Origin: an uncultured Bacteroidales bacterium
GTDB lineage: Bacteria; Bacteroidota; Bacteroidia; Bacteroidales; UBA1715
Length of the DNA stretch: 64,000 bases
Reading direction: 5' to 3'
NCBI GenBank assembly: GCA_937892155.1
Contig: CALAUG010000021.1
Location: 13,653-77,652, forward strand
Shown: positions 25,269 to 34,473 of the stretch, piece after piece
Position numbering within the stretch: the stretch's first letter is position 1
Layout: the number at the start of each line of letters is the position of its first letter
Notes under the pieces: generated by a model
Told to the model about the DNA's origin: nothing
The model's database searches: none
Seen by the model: the letters and a program-made list of their open reading frames with translations, nothing else
Translations under genes and position numbers: made by a program

Positions 25269-26483
25269 TCAATATGTTGGTGCGGTGAAATCTATTAAAC
25301 TTGCACACTTATCAACATACTTTTGTTGAATGGTATTGATGATGTTGGAGTAGTTGTAGTAGTCGGGTGATTCCGTGGAAATGTTTTTGAGTAATTCCAC
25401 TCGTTTTTCGTATGATTCGGCAAGAAACTTCGAATACAATTGTAATGCCTCTTCCTGTGTTACATTTGTATCCTGCAATTTCGCAATTATAGGTTTTGCA
25501 ATTTCGTCAAATTCTTTATTGGCGTTGTCTATTATTTTTTGTTGTGTATCAGTTTTTCTGTTTGTGGGTGTGTTATTTTGTGAATTGGTCGAATAAATTG
25601 TGTCAATTTGTTTAATGACAATTGTGTCGTGTTGGTGGATAAAAATTGTGTCAAAAGTTTGTTTTACGGTTTGTTGTAATTCGGTGTTTTGTCTTGTCCC
25701 TAATATTAAAAACCAACCGAGTGATAAGAATAGTAAACAGATAGGAATAATGAGGCTACGAATACGAATTTGAGTCAATATCTCATCGGCAATTTTGTAA
25801 CGTTGTTCTTTATCAGTTTTGGTACATTTTTGTTTTATGAAATAGTACCGATGTGGAAATATAAGGTTGAGTAGTTTTCCGAAAGCATAAATATCGCAAC
25901 GTAAATCTACATCCTTTGTTTCGTCGAGTTGCTCGGGTGCTGCATAACCATCGCTGCCAGCAGCTTGTTTGAAGATTGCGTATGTGTCGGAGTCGGAGAG
26001 TCCGAAGTCTATGATTTTTACATTGTTGCCCTTACGTGTTATGAGTATGTTTTGTGGTTTTAGGTCGCGATGAATAATTTGCATGGAATGGAAATAACTC
26101 ATCGCCGACAAAATCTCTATGCAAATTCGTTTTTTTGTTCTTCGAGATGGATTTGTCGCTAAGAATTCGGCAAGTGTCCAACCATCAACGTATTCCATAG
26201 TGAAACAAAGTCCAAATTTCTCGTTGTTCTCGAGCGAAATGGCGCGGACAATATTTGGATGTTCCAGTTGGATTTCGAGTTCAAATTCTTTCTTAAGAAA
26301 TTCTTTGTATGTGGTCAATTCGGCATATTCGGGTTGCAACCCTTTCAAAAAGAAACATTTCCCGAAACGTTTAACTTTACAGAGGCAATAGATCCCTTTG
26401 TCAATAATATCTCCATATTCGCTTGTTTTGAATAGATTAAGCGAATCGTTTACTATGAATCCAGAATTTGAATTGTCTGCCAT
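25269..26483 (-). CDS. membrane-anchored Ser/Thr protein kinase, paralog 2 (one C-terminal helical module)
   Basis: Same kinase motifs as paralog 1. TM helix LIIPICLLFLSLGWFLILG. Start trimmed to ATG 26483 (MADNSNSGF). Confidence 0.85.
   Translation of the reverse strand: MADNSNSGFIVNDSLNLFKTSEYGDIIDKGIYCLCKVKRFGKCFFLKGLQPEYAELTTYKEFLKKEFELEIQLEHPNIVRAISLENNEKFGLCFTMEYVDGWTLAEFLATNPSRRTKKRICIEILSAMSYFHSMQIIHRDLKPQNILITRKGNNVKIIDFGLSDSDTYAIFKQAAGSDGYAAPEQLDETKDVDLRCDIYAFGKLLNLIFPHRYYFIKQKCTKTDKEQRYKIADEILTQIRIRSLIIPICLLFLSLGWFLILGTRQNTELQQTVKQTFDTIFIHQHDTIVIKQIDTIYSTNSQNNTPTNRKTDTQQKIIDNANKEFDEIAKPIIAKLQDTNVTQEEALQLYSKFLAESYEKRVELLKNISTESPDYYNYSNIINTIQQKYVDKCASLIDFTAPTY
25815..26354. repeat. 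540-bp perfect direct repeat, copy B
   Basis: Identical to 24556-25095. First mismatches at both ends were checked by hand alignment. Confidence 0.9.
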
Positions 26484-26695
26484 ACGACAAAAATAATGAA
26501 TTGAGTTAATAATAAAGAAATAAGAATTAAGAATTATGTAAAGATGGAGCGTGCTCAATCTAATCTGAATCAGAAACTAAGGGATACCTGAGCTTGTCGA
26601 AGGTAGAGACTGTTAAGAGTTGGAGAATTACGTTCAACATAAAATATCGTCGTTAAATAATGATTTTGGTGTTAAAAGATACGTAATGACCTAAG

Positions 26696-27325
26696 ATGAC
26701 CCATAATTTTGTTGTTATAATACTTTTATTTTTATTTTCTTTGTACATCAAAAAAGTATTAATGGTAGAAAAAGAACAGGTAGTCCTACTGAGAAAAGTA
26801 GAGGCAAATTGTAATAGAAAAATGAAAACTCCTGCGGATTTTGATTTCCTTGCTGGAGTAATATGGAATGCAGTTCATGAATCTATTAGTTCTTCCACTC
26901 TAAAACGTGTTTGGGGGTATGCAGGAAAGGAGACAGATGCTCGTTTCGTTACGAAAACCATTTTATCCCGATATATTGGTTATAAAGATTGGGATGACTT
27001 TGTAGAACGATTGAATTCACCAGAAATAGAATCAAAACAAGTTGTGACACAAACAATCAGAACACAAAATTTGGTAAAGGGACAAAAGGTAGAAGTATGC
27101 TGGTATCCCGATCGTCGTTGCGTATTTCAATACGAAGGTGGAATGCAGTATACGGTAATAGTTTCAGAGAATTCGCATTTACAAGCTGGTGACACGTTTA
27201 TGTGTGGCATTTTTATGTTAGACGAGCCGTTGTTGTTGGACAATGTCGTTCACCAAGGTATGCAACCAACTCCATACATTGCTGGCAGTAAAAGTGGTTT
27301 AACAAGTATACGATTGGTAGAATAG
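26696..27325 (+). CDS. hypothetical protein, divergent from the kinase pair (alternative start 26762)
   Basis: ATG 26696 adds a hydrophobic 22-aa N-terminus; ATG 26762 gives MVEKEQ... Contains an FDFLAGVIW...SSSTLKRVWGY...YIGYKDWDDF motif that I recall at N-termini of uncharacterised Bacteroidales proteins. No assignable function. Confidence 0.5.
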   Translation: MTHNFVVIILLFLFSLYIKKVLMVEKEQVVLLRKVEANCNRKMKTPADFDFLAGVIWNAVHESISSSTLKRVWGYAGKETDARFVTKTILSRYIGYKDWDDFVERLNSPEIESKQVVTQTIRTQNLVKGQKVEVCWYPDRRCVFQYEGGMQYTVIVSENSHLQAGDTFMCGIFMLDEPLLLDNVVHQGMQPTPYIAGSKSGLTSIRLVE

Positions 27326-27475
27326 TTTTATCTGCTATTTAATTCATATTGGTGCAAGAATCAATGATTTGTGTACTCCCGCAATAATAATACTTGTTAC
27401 TTTCTCTGCTTTCTATAGGCTCGTACATTTCTTAATTTTTAATTACGAATAAAAGAAGTTTTCTTTATTTATTCG

Positions 27476-28411
27476 CTACACTAACATTGATTTAGAAATA
27501 CACATCTTGGAGAACGCAAAAAGTCGTTTGCCCAATTCGTTAAGCGAAGCGCCAAGATGGTAAACCATATCATCAATGATGAGAAATCTATCGTGCATAC
27601 GCTGAGATGTTTCGCAGAGTTCTATCAGTCTTCCTGTTTGGAATTGTGATGTTTGCTGCAGAGTACGGAGACCTTTACCGATGTGTTCCACATGGATAGC
27701 ACATATAACATTTTGATTACGAGTTTCAAGAATCTCAAATGTACGAGCATCAATATAATTATCAATGAGCAATACTTCGTGCTGAGCAGATTTGATGAGT
27801 TGCTCGGCGAAAGCACGGGCATCAAGTACTTGTCCTTCATAGAAGATACCTTCAATAGGAGGAAGATTTGTCCGTATAAAGAAATCAAGTTGTTGCTGTT
27901 GCTGGTCGAGTTGTTGTTGTAGGCGAGACACATGTTCGTTTGTGTATTCCTGCAATACAATAAACCGATTGTCAATCCGTTGCTCAAGTTGTTGCATTTG
28001 ACAATGAATGGCATAACCTTTAAGTAGGTATTGTCGCAGAACATTGGTCGCCCAAATGCGAAATTGAGTGCCTCTTTGACACTTGACGCGATACCCTACA
28101 GAAATAATGACATCAAGGTTGTAGAGAAACAATTCATTGTCTTGTGTTTTACCAGGAATGGCACCATGTTGTGTGGTAGTTCGAAATTTTCGAACAACCA
28201 CTTTTTCATCAAGTTCTTTCTCTTTAAAAATGTTGTGGATATGATAACTTATGGTTGACTTGGCTTTCTGGAAAAGCTCACATATTTGCGCCTGCGACAA
28301 CCAGACGGTTTCTTTGTCAATTGTAACTTCTAATTTTATGCTTTCGTCAGGCTGATATAGAACAATTTCGCCTTCGTTGGATGTTATAGCGAGTTGTGGT
28401 TCGTTAGACAT
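27476..28411 (-). CDS. RhuM-family protein with C-terminal HDRFLIIDD...GASL..LGK..FAFS domain
   Basis: N-terminal ...VRKFRTTTQHGAIPGKTQ....LYNLDVIISVGYRVKCQRGTQFRIWATNVLRQYLLKGY is the RhuM core. The C-terminal module is common in Bacteroidales RhuM/ORF6N fusion proteins. Confidence 0.8.
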   Translation of the reverse strand: MSNEPQLAITSNEGEIVLYQPDESIKLEVTIDKETVWLSQAQICELFQKAKSTISYHIHNIFKEKELDEKVVVRKFRTTTQHGAIPGKTQDNELFLYNLDVIISVGYRVKCQRGTQFRIWATNVLRQYLLKGYAIHCQMQQLEQRIDNRFIVLQEYTNEHVSRLQQQLDQQQQQLDFFIRTNLPPIEGIFYEGQVLDARAFAEQLIKSAQHEVLLIDNYIDARTFEILETRNQNVICAIHVEHIGKGLRTLQQTSQFQTGRLIELCETSQRMHDRFLIIDDMVYHLGASLNELGKRLFAFSKMCISKSMLV

Positions 28412-28523
28412 ATTTGTTTCTTCATAATTTGATTATGGACTATGCAAAAGTAATATTTTTTACGAAGTATATTCCTTATCGTGATAATAAATGAAGAGAA
28501 ATTATGATTAACGTGTATATTGT

Positions 28524-28560
28524 TAAAAAAAATCCCCCGCTTCAAACGAAGCGGGGGATT
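28524..28560 (-). terminator. Rho-independent terminator after gdhA
   Basis: 13-bp perfect stem aatcccccgcttc / gaagcgggggatt with loop aaac (28544-28547). T-run on the minus strand (A7 at 28524-28530). Confidence 0.85.
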
Positions 28561-28584
28561 TTTGTGATATAGTAAAGTAAAGAA

Positions 28585-29940
28585 CTATACTAAACCTTGT
28601 GCCATCATTGCATCAGCAACTTTGATGAATCCAGCGATGTTTGCGCCTGCTACATAGTTGATGTAACCATCAGCTTGTGTACCGTATTTAACACAGTTTT
28701 CGTGGATTGATTTCATGATTTGTTGCAATTTGTTGTCAACTTCTTCTGCAGTCCAAGAAATACGACCTGAGTTTTGACACATTTCCAAACCTGATACTGA
28801 TACACCACCAGCGTTAGAAGCTTTACCAGGAGCGTAAAGAATCTTGGCATTTTGGAATACTGCTACAGCTTCTGGGCTACTTGGCATGTTAGCACCTTCT
28901 GCAACACACATTGTTCCATTAGCAACAAGTGCTTGAGCATCGCTTTCATCCAATTCGTTTTGTGTAGCACATGGCATAGCAACATCAACTTTGACGTTTT
29001 TCCAAGGACGTTGTCCTTCGAAGTATTTACAACCATATTTTTCAGCGTATTCTTTAATACGGCCACGTTTTACGTTCTTCAATTCTTGTACGAAAGCCCA
29101 TTTTTCTGGAGAAATTCCATCTTCGTCAACGATACAACCGTTTGAATCAGACATTGAAACAACTTTTGCACCTAATTGAGTACATTTTTGTACTGCGTAT
29201 TGAGCAACATTACCAGAACCAGAGATAGCAACTCTCTTGCCTGCTAATGATTCACCTTTAGTTGCCAACATTGATTGAGCGAAGTAAGTTACACCGTAAC
29301 CTGTAGCTTCTGGACGAACCAATGAACCACCGAAAGAAAGACCTTTACCAGTCAAAACGCCTGTGAATTCGTCACGGATACGTTTGTATTGACCGAACAT
29401 ATAACCAACTTCACGACCGCCAACACCTATATCTCCAGCTGGAACGTCAGTGTCAGGACCGATATATTTTTGAAGTTCTGTCATGAAGCTTTGGCAGAAA
29501 CGCATAACTTCATTGTCAGATTTTCCTTTTGGATCGAAATCAGAACCACCTTTACCACCACCCATAGGAAGAGTAGTCAAGCTGTTTTTGAATGTTTGTT
29601 CGAAAGCCAAGAATTTAAGGATACCCAAGTTTACTGTTGGATGGAAACGAATACCTCCCTTGTAAGGACCGATGGCACTGTTCATTTGAACACGAAAACC
29701 ACGGTTGATTTGCCAATCACCTTTGTCATCAATCCAAGGAACTCTGAAGATGAAAACTCTTTCAGGTTCAACCATTCTTTCCAAAACTTTAGCAGCTTTG
29801 TACTTTGGATTTTCATCCAAGAATGGAAGAATTGATTTTACTACTTCGTGAACTGCTTGGTGAAATTCAGCTTCACCTGGATTCTTAGCGATAACTTTCG
29901 CCATGAAATCGTTCAATTCTTTGTCGAAATTTTTTGCCAT
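28585..29940 (-). CDS. gdhA: NADP-specific glutamate dehydrogenase
   Basis: 451 aa. Catalytic-Lys signature GGGKGGSDFDPKGKS, with Rossmann GSGNVAQYA. Hexameric GDH family length. Confidence 0.95.
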   Translation of the reverse strand: MAKNFDKELNDFMAKVIAKNPGEAEFHQAVHEVVKSILPFLDENPKYKAAKVLERMVEPERVFIFRVPWIDDKGDWQINRGFRVQMNSAIGPYKGGIRFHPTVNLGILKFLAFEQTFKNSLTTLPMGGGKGGSDFDPKGKSDNEVMRFCQSFMTELQKYIGPDTDVPAGDIGVGGREVGYMFGQYKRIRDEFTGVLTGKGLSFGGSLVRPEATGYGVTYFAQSMLATKGESLAGKRVAISGSGNVAQYAVQKCTQLGAKVVSMSDSNGCIVDEDGISPEKWAFVQELKNVKRGRIKEYAEKYGCKYFEGQRPWKNVKVDVAMPCATQNELDESDAQALVANGTMCVAEGANMPSSPEAVAVFQNAKILYAPGKASNAGGVSVSGLEMCQNSGRISWTAEEVDNKLQQIMKSIHENCVKYGTQADGYINYVAGANIAGFIKVADAMMAQGLV

Positions 29941-30082
29941 TTTTTTAGGTATTTAATAAAACAGTTTGTTCTTTTTATACGAGGACAAAAGTAGAAAAAA
30001 ATTTAAAAATGCAATGCTTAAACGATTGAATTTTAGAAAATTGCGTATAATTCGCAATGCTATACGTGAAACACGTATCAGT

Positions 30083-33000
30083 CTACAATGATGTCTTTTC
30101 TTTACTATTTATTTCTTCAATATATTTATTGAAATCAAATCCCATAACAATCACATCGTCAACTTGTTCCCATTTCCCCTGCCATTGTTGGAACAATTTC
30201 CTCAATTCATTTCCTTGTTTCATCATTGGCACGTGCTGTACGGTAAGTATATTGTGCTTGAAATGTTTGAATTTCATCTTTTTCCCATTTTCTCCACCGA
30301 ATTGGTCGGCGTATCCATCGCTGAACAGATAAAATCTATCGTTTGGTTGAACGCGGATGATTGTGTTGGTATATAAATCATCTTGTTCGTTGCAAAGTCC
30401 TACAGGAGATTTGTCGCCTCTGTAAATAATGACTTGGTTGTTGCGTACAAGTATCATTCTGGTCAGTGCGCCTGCAAATTCCAACACACCTGTTTTTTTG
30501 TCAAATACGCAAATAGAAATGTCCATGCCGTCTTTTACGGCAGAGTCATCGTCCAATTCGTTTTTTGTGAAAAGTTCTATGATAGATTTGTTAAGATAAT
30601 CCAATATTTCTGATGCCCGGTGTATGCCTCTGTTCTTCGTCGCAATACGAAGTAGGTTGTTGCCGATAATTGACATGAATGCGCCAGGAACGCCGTGCCC
30701 CGTACAATCTGAACAAACAACGAAAAGTTTGTCGCCAATTTCACGTATCCAGTAGAAATCACCACTGACTATGTCTTTCGGCATATACAATATGAATGAT
30801 GACGGTAGCAGTTGTTTGAATTTTGCACGTGCTGGCAAAATAGCAAGTTGAATACGTTTTGCGTAATTGATACTGTCAAGGATACTTTTATTTTTGACTT
30901 CAAGCTCTGCCTGTTGTTTTTCCAAACGATCTGCCCATACTTGCTTTTCCAATAATCTGCGGTTTTCTCTACGAAGTTTTACAGTAATTCTGTGTCCTAT
31001 AAAGAAAATTATGGCGATTAGTAGAAGTATTCCCAAAACATAAGCAAGGTCGGTCCGCCAAAATGGTGGCTTGATAATAATCGTGATATATTTCTCTTCT
31101 GACCAAACACCGTCAACATTTGCAGCCTTTACTTTCAGCGTATAGTTTCCGATTGGAAGTTTTATGATGTTGATGTAGTTCTGATTGTTTAATTCTATCC
31201 ATTTGTCTTCCAATCCGCTCAACATATATTTATATTGATTCATCTTTGGTTGGGTGTATTCCAACGCTGCAAATGAAATGGAGATGTTCGAGTTGTTCCA
31301 TGGCATGGTGATTTCTTGTTTGTCTTTCAGTGGCAGAGAATATCTTTTATCCTTAATAGTATATTCCAAATTAAGGAATTCAAGATTTGTGTTTTGTAAG
31401 TTGTTCTTTATTGAGTCGGGATTGAAGATGTTTATACCTTGCGTGCCACCGAAAAACATATATCCGTTATTGGTCTTAAATGCCGAATGTGGAGAAAATT
31501 CTGAATCTTGTATTCCGTCGTGTATTGAAAATGTTTTACAAATATTCGAATCGGGAAGGAATGATGCTAATCCGTTGTCGGTACCAACCCAAATTTCATT
31601 GTCATTTGTTAAAATAGAATAGATTTCATTTGATATGAGACCTTCGTTTGTAGTGTAAAACATGCGTGGCTGATAATTTGGTTGCGTGCATTTGATTAAT
31701 CCTACATTGGTTCCAATCCAAATATCACCATTGTAATCTTCCGCAATGTCGTATATATGTTGATGTGTACCGTTTATGAAATTATGGTCCAGTTTGATAG
31801 GGGTGAATTTCTGTGTTTTGTGGTCGAAATAACAAAAACCATTCTCGCAGCCTATGAAAATATTGTTTTTGTAATTCTCATAAAAACAGTTGATAAGGTT
31901 TGATGGCAATTTTGAACCGTCAATGTGAACAACGGAATCTTTTGCTTGGTCATAAAATATGATGCCAAAATTGGTACCAATCCACAAATTGTTTTTGGAA
32001 TCTTTCAGCAAACATTTAATTCTTTTTTTCGTCAAGCAAAACGAGTGTAGTGCTGTAATCCTTTCGTCGATTGAGCTGAATTTTTTTGTGTCTATATTGT
32101 ATATATGTATGTAGCCGTCACTGCCGACGAGTATTTCGTTGGGAGAGAATGATTCGATTGCCGTTATGTAGTTCGTCGGAAAATTTCCTTTATCTGCAGA
32201 GTAAGATTCTTTCGTGTGCCTGCTCAAATCATAAATCTGTAAACCTCCGAATTTTGTACCAAAAAATACATGGTTTTTTTCTACATGAATAGCTGTTGTG
32301 TAATTGTATTTTATTCCAAAATTTCCATCTTCTTTACCCAAAACTTGGAAACGTTTCGGTTTAATGTCTAACTTGTTTAGACCATTTTGTGTTCCAATCC
32401 ATAAAATTTTACCTGTACTGCGTGTTATGCAGTTTGTCTGGTTTGTTGATATTCCTTGTCGTTGCGAAGTGTGGGCGCAATGAATAAATTTTTTGCTATT
32501 CGTGTTAAAATAGTACAATCCGTTACTTTCTGTGGTGATCCACAATTCTTCGGGACGATATCCTTCTGCGATGCCGTTTACAATGGATTGAGTTTGTTGT
32601 GGATAATAATAACTATAAAATTTTTTGTTCTTTTTGTCGAACTGATTAAGTCCGTTTCGTGTTCCAATCCATAGATTGTGTTTTGAATCTTCAAAAATTG
32701 ACAGAATTTTGTTGTCGCTGATTGTATTTGAAATAAAATCATCGTGCCTGAAGAAAATAAAATCGTCGTTGTGTGGCTCGTAATATCCTAAACCGTTATC
32801 TGTTCCGACCCATAGAATGCCGTTGGAATCTTGAAAAAGTGGGTAGGAGTATTGTTCAAATTCTTCGTTGAATATGTCTGAATAGAGCTGGTATGATTGT
32901 ATTTTTCCTGTTTTTATGTTGAGTTTGCTTATGTTTTTTCTCGTTTTTACCCAAATATTCCCTTCGTTGTCGCACAGCACATTATGTATTATATTTTTTT

Positions 33001-33400
33001 CTATATGATAATTTTGGGTTGTGTCAACAAAATAGCGGTTGAATTCAAGTGTTTCGCGTATTAATTGATTGAGACCAAATTCTGTCGCTATCCAGATGTT
33101 TTGGTTTTTGTCTTCGCAGATGCCTAAAATATTATTTGAAGAAATCGTTTTTTTGTTCAGTGGATCTGAACGAAAGGTAAGGAAATTTTTACCGTCAAAT
33201 CTATTCAGTCCCGATGTCGTGCCAATCCAAAGGAAGCCTTTGGAATCTTGAAATATGCACTTAATATTGTTGTGTGAAAGTCCGTCGTCGTTGGAAAAAG
33301 TCTCGAAGTAGAGGAAATCGTCTAACTTGTGCTCCTGTGAGAATGTTGGAGAAATGAATAGTATTAATATAATGAATATGGATAATACTTTTGATTTCAT
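30083..33400 (-). CDS. periplasmic beta-propeller/Y_Y_Y sensor fused to a cytoplasmic PP2C (SpoIIE-type) Ser/Thr phosphatase
   Basis: Signal peptide and many WIGT..GL..F propeller blades. Y_Y_Y-like Ig domain (YKYMLSGLEDKW...PIGNYTLKVKA). TM LAYVLGILLLIAIIFFIG, coiled coil, then DCTGHGVPGAFMS...LFSDGYADQFGG. The first track Met is GTG; ATG at 33400. Confidence 0.85.
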   Translation of the reverse strand: MKSKVLSIFIILILFISPTFSQEHKLDDFLYFETFSNDDGLSHNNIKCIFQDSKGFLWIGTTSGLNRFDGKNFLTFRSDPLNKKTISSNNILGICEDKNQNIWIATEFGLNQLIRETLEFNRYFVDTTQNYHIEKNIIHNVLCDNEGNIWVKTRKNISKLNIKTGKIQSYQLYSDIFNEEFEQYSYPLFQDSNGILWVGTDNGLGYYEPHNDDFIFFRHDDFISNTISDNKILSIFEDSKHNLWIGTRNGLNQFDKKNKKFYSYYYPQQTQSIVNGIAEGYRPEELWITTESNGLYYFNTNSKKFIHCAHTSQRQGISTNQTNCITRSTGKILWIGTQNGLNKLDIKPKRFQVLGKEDGNFGIKYNYTTAIHVEKNHVFFGTKFGGLQIYDLSRHTKESYSADKGNFPTNYITAIESFSPNEILVGSDGYIHIYNIDTKKFSSIDERITALHSFCLTKKRIKCLLKDSKNNLWIGTNFGIIFYDQAKDSVVHIDGSKLPSNLINCFYENYKNNIFIGCENGFCYFDHKTQKFTPIKLDHNFINGTHQHIYDIAEDYNGDIWIGTNVGLIKCTQPNYQPRMFYTTNEGLISNEIYSILTNDNEIWVGTDNGLASFLPDSNICKTFSIHDGIQDSEFSPHSAFKTNNGYMFFGGTQGINIFNPDSIKNNLQNTNLEFLNLEYTIKDKRYSLPLKDKQEITMPWNNSNISISFAALEYTQPKMNQYKYMLSGLEDKWIELNNQNYINIIKLPIGNYTLKVKAANVDGVWSEEKYITIIIKPPFWRTDLAYVLGILLLIAIIFFIGHRITVKLRRENRRLLEKQVWADRLEKQQAELEVKNKSILDSINYAKRIQLAILPARAKFKQLLPSSFILYMPKDIVSGDFYWIREIGDKLFVVCSDCTGHGVPGAFMSIIGNNLLRIATKNRGIHRASEILDYLNKSIIELFTKNELDDDSAVKDGMDISICVFDKKTGVLEFAGALTRMILVRNNQVIIYRGDKSPVGLCNEQDDLYTNTIIRVQPNDRFYLFSDGYADQFGGENGKKMKFKHFKHNILTVQHVPMMKQGNELRKLFQQWQGKWEQVDDVIVMGFDFNKYIEEINSKEKTSL

Positions 33401-33427
33401 CACTGAGCTGTAGCTGGACGATTAGTT

Positions 33428-34039
33428 TCAATCTGCGTCTTTGAAGAATTTATGTTGAAAAATCAACAAATAGAAAACACCGATTGTAATTGCAGAATCT
33501 GCAATGTTGAATATTGGCTTAAAGAATGTGAATGGTTCTCCGCTCCAAATTGGGAACCAATCAGGAAAAGTTCCTCGTAAAATAGGACAATATATCATAT
33601 CAACAACGCGACCTTGTAGGAATGGGGCGTAACCGCCACTCTCGGAAAACATTTCGGCCACTGTTCCGTATGTGCTTTCGTTGAAAATCAGTCCGTAAAA
33701 CGCACTGTCAATAATGTTTCCTGCTGCGCCGGCGAGAATTGCACTCAAGCCTAAAATGACATCGAGCGGCGCATCACGTTTGACTAATTTGTGAATGTAG
33801 ATTCCTATTAATATCGAAGCGATTAGCCTGAAAAGCGTTAAGGCAATTTTACCAATTGCACCACCGAAACTCATTCCGAATGCAAAACCTGGATTTTCGA
33901 CAAAATAAACGAAAACCCTGTCACCAATGACAGGGATCATTTCGTCTAAATGCATATTGGTTTTTACTAAAATTTTGGTTACCTGATCAATAATCAAAAT
34001 TAATAAAACCATTAAAATTGCCCAATGCTGTTTTTTCAT
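33428..34039 (-). CDS. lspA: lipoprotein signal peptidase II
   Basis: VENPGFAFGMSFG and FNIADSAI motifs. Four TM helices. ATGA overlap with the upstream dksA-like gene. Confidence 0.92.
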   Translation of the reverse strand: MKKQHWAILMVLLILIIDQVTKILVKTNMHLDEMIPVIGDRVFVYFVENPGFAFGMSFGGAIGKIALTLFRLIASILIGIYIHKLVKRDAPLDVILGLSAILAGAAGNIIDSAFYGLIFNESTYGTVAEMFSESGGYAPFLQGRVVDMIYCPILRGTFPDWFPIWSGEPFTFFKPIFNIADSAITIGVFYLLIFQHKFFKDAD

Positions 34040-34455
34040 ATCAGCGGTTTGTTTTTCTTTTCATTTACTTTTGCATCAACGCTCAAAGTTGCGTGGGGAA
34101 CTGCGCGAAGACGTTCTTTCGGTATCAATTTACCTGTTTCGCGGCAGATTCCGTATGTTTTGTTTTCAATACGTATCAACGCTTCTTTTAAGTGCTTGAT
34201 GAATTTTTCTTGACGTTCTGCCAATTTACCAGTTTCTTCTTTTGAAAGATTTGACGCTCCTTCTTCGAACATCTTGAATGTTGGCGATGTATCTTGAATG
34301 TCGTTGCCATCTAAATACTGAATTGACTGTTTCAACTGGTCATAATCTTTCATTGCTTTGTCAAGCTTTTCTAAGATTATCTGCTTGAACTCTTCTAATT
34401 CTGCATCAGAATATCTTGTTTTTTCTTCTTCTGCAACTTGTTTCTTTTCTGCCAT
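34036..34455 (-). CDS. DksA/TraR family protein (degenerate zinc finger)
   Basis: Coiled-coil N-terminus and C-terminal YGICRETGKLIPKERLRAVPHATLSV. Conserved ileS-dksA-lspA order as seen in Bacteroidota. Confidence 0.8.
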   Translation of the reverse strand: MAEKKQVAEEEKTRYSDAELEEFKQIILEKLDKAMKDYDQLKQSIQYLDGNDIQDTSPTFKMFEEGASNLSKEETGKLAERQEKFIKHLKEALIRIENKTYGICRETGKLIPKERLRAVPHATLSVDAKVNEKKNKPLI

Positions 34456-34473
34456 AGTCGTGCGAATTAAAGG

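Noticed and set aside
25225-25308. N-terminal extensions of both kinase ORFs in the track (also 26484-26558)
   Set aside because: The two paralogs align from MENNSNSGF/MADNSNSGF at a constant offset. The extensions are unrelated Phe/Ile/Tyr-rich translations of AT-rich upstream DNA, and the first would overlap the upstream kinase's 3' end.
24556-26354. 540-bp direct repeats as IS element ends or a composite transposon
   Set aside because: The repeats lie wholly inside two in-frame kinase genes and encode the catalytic core. There is no transposase and there are no terminal inverted repeats.
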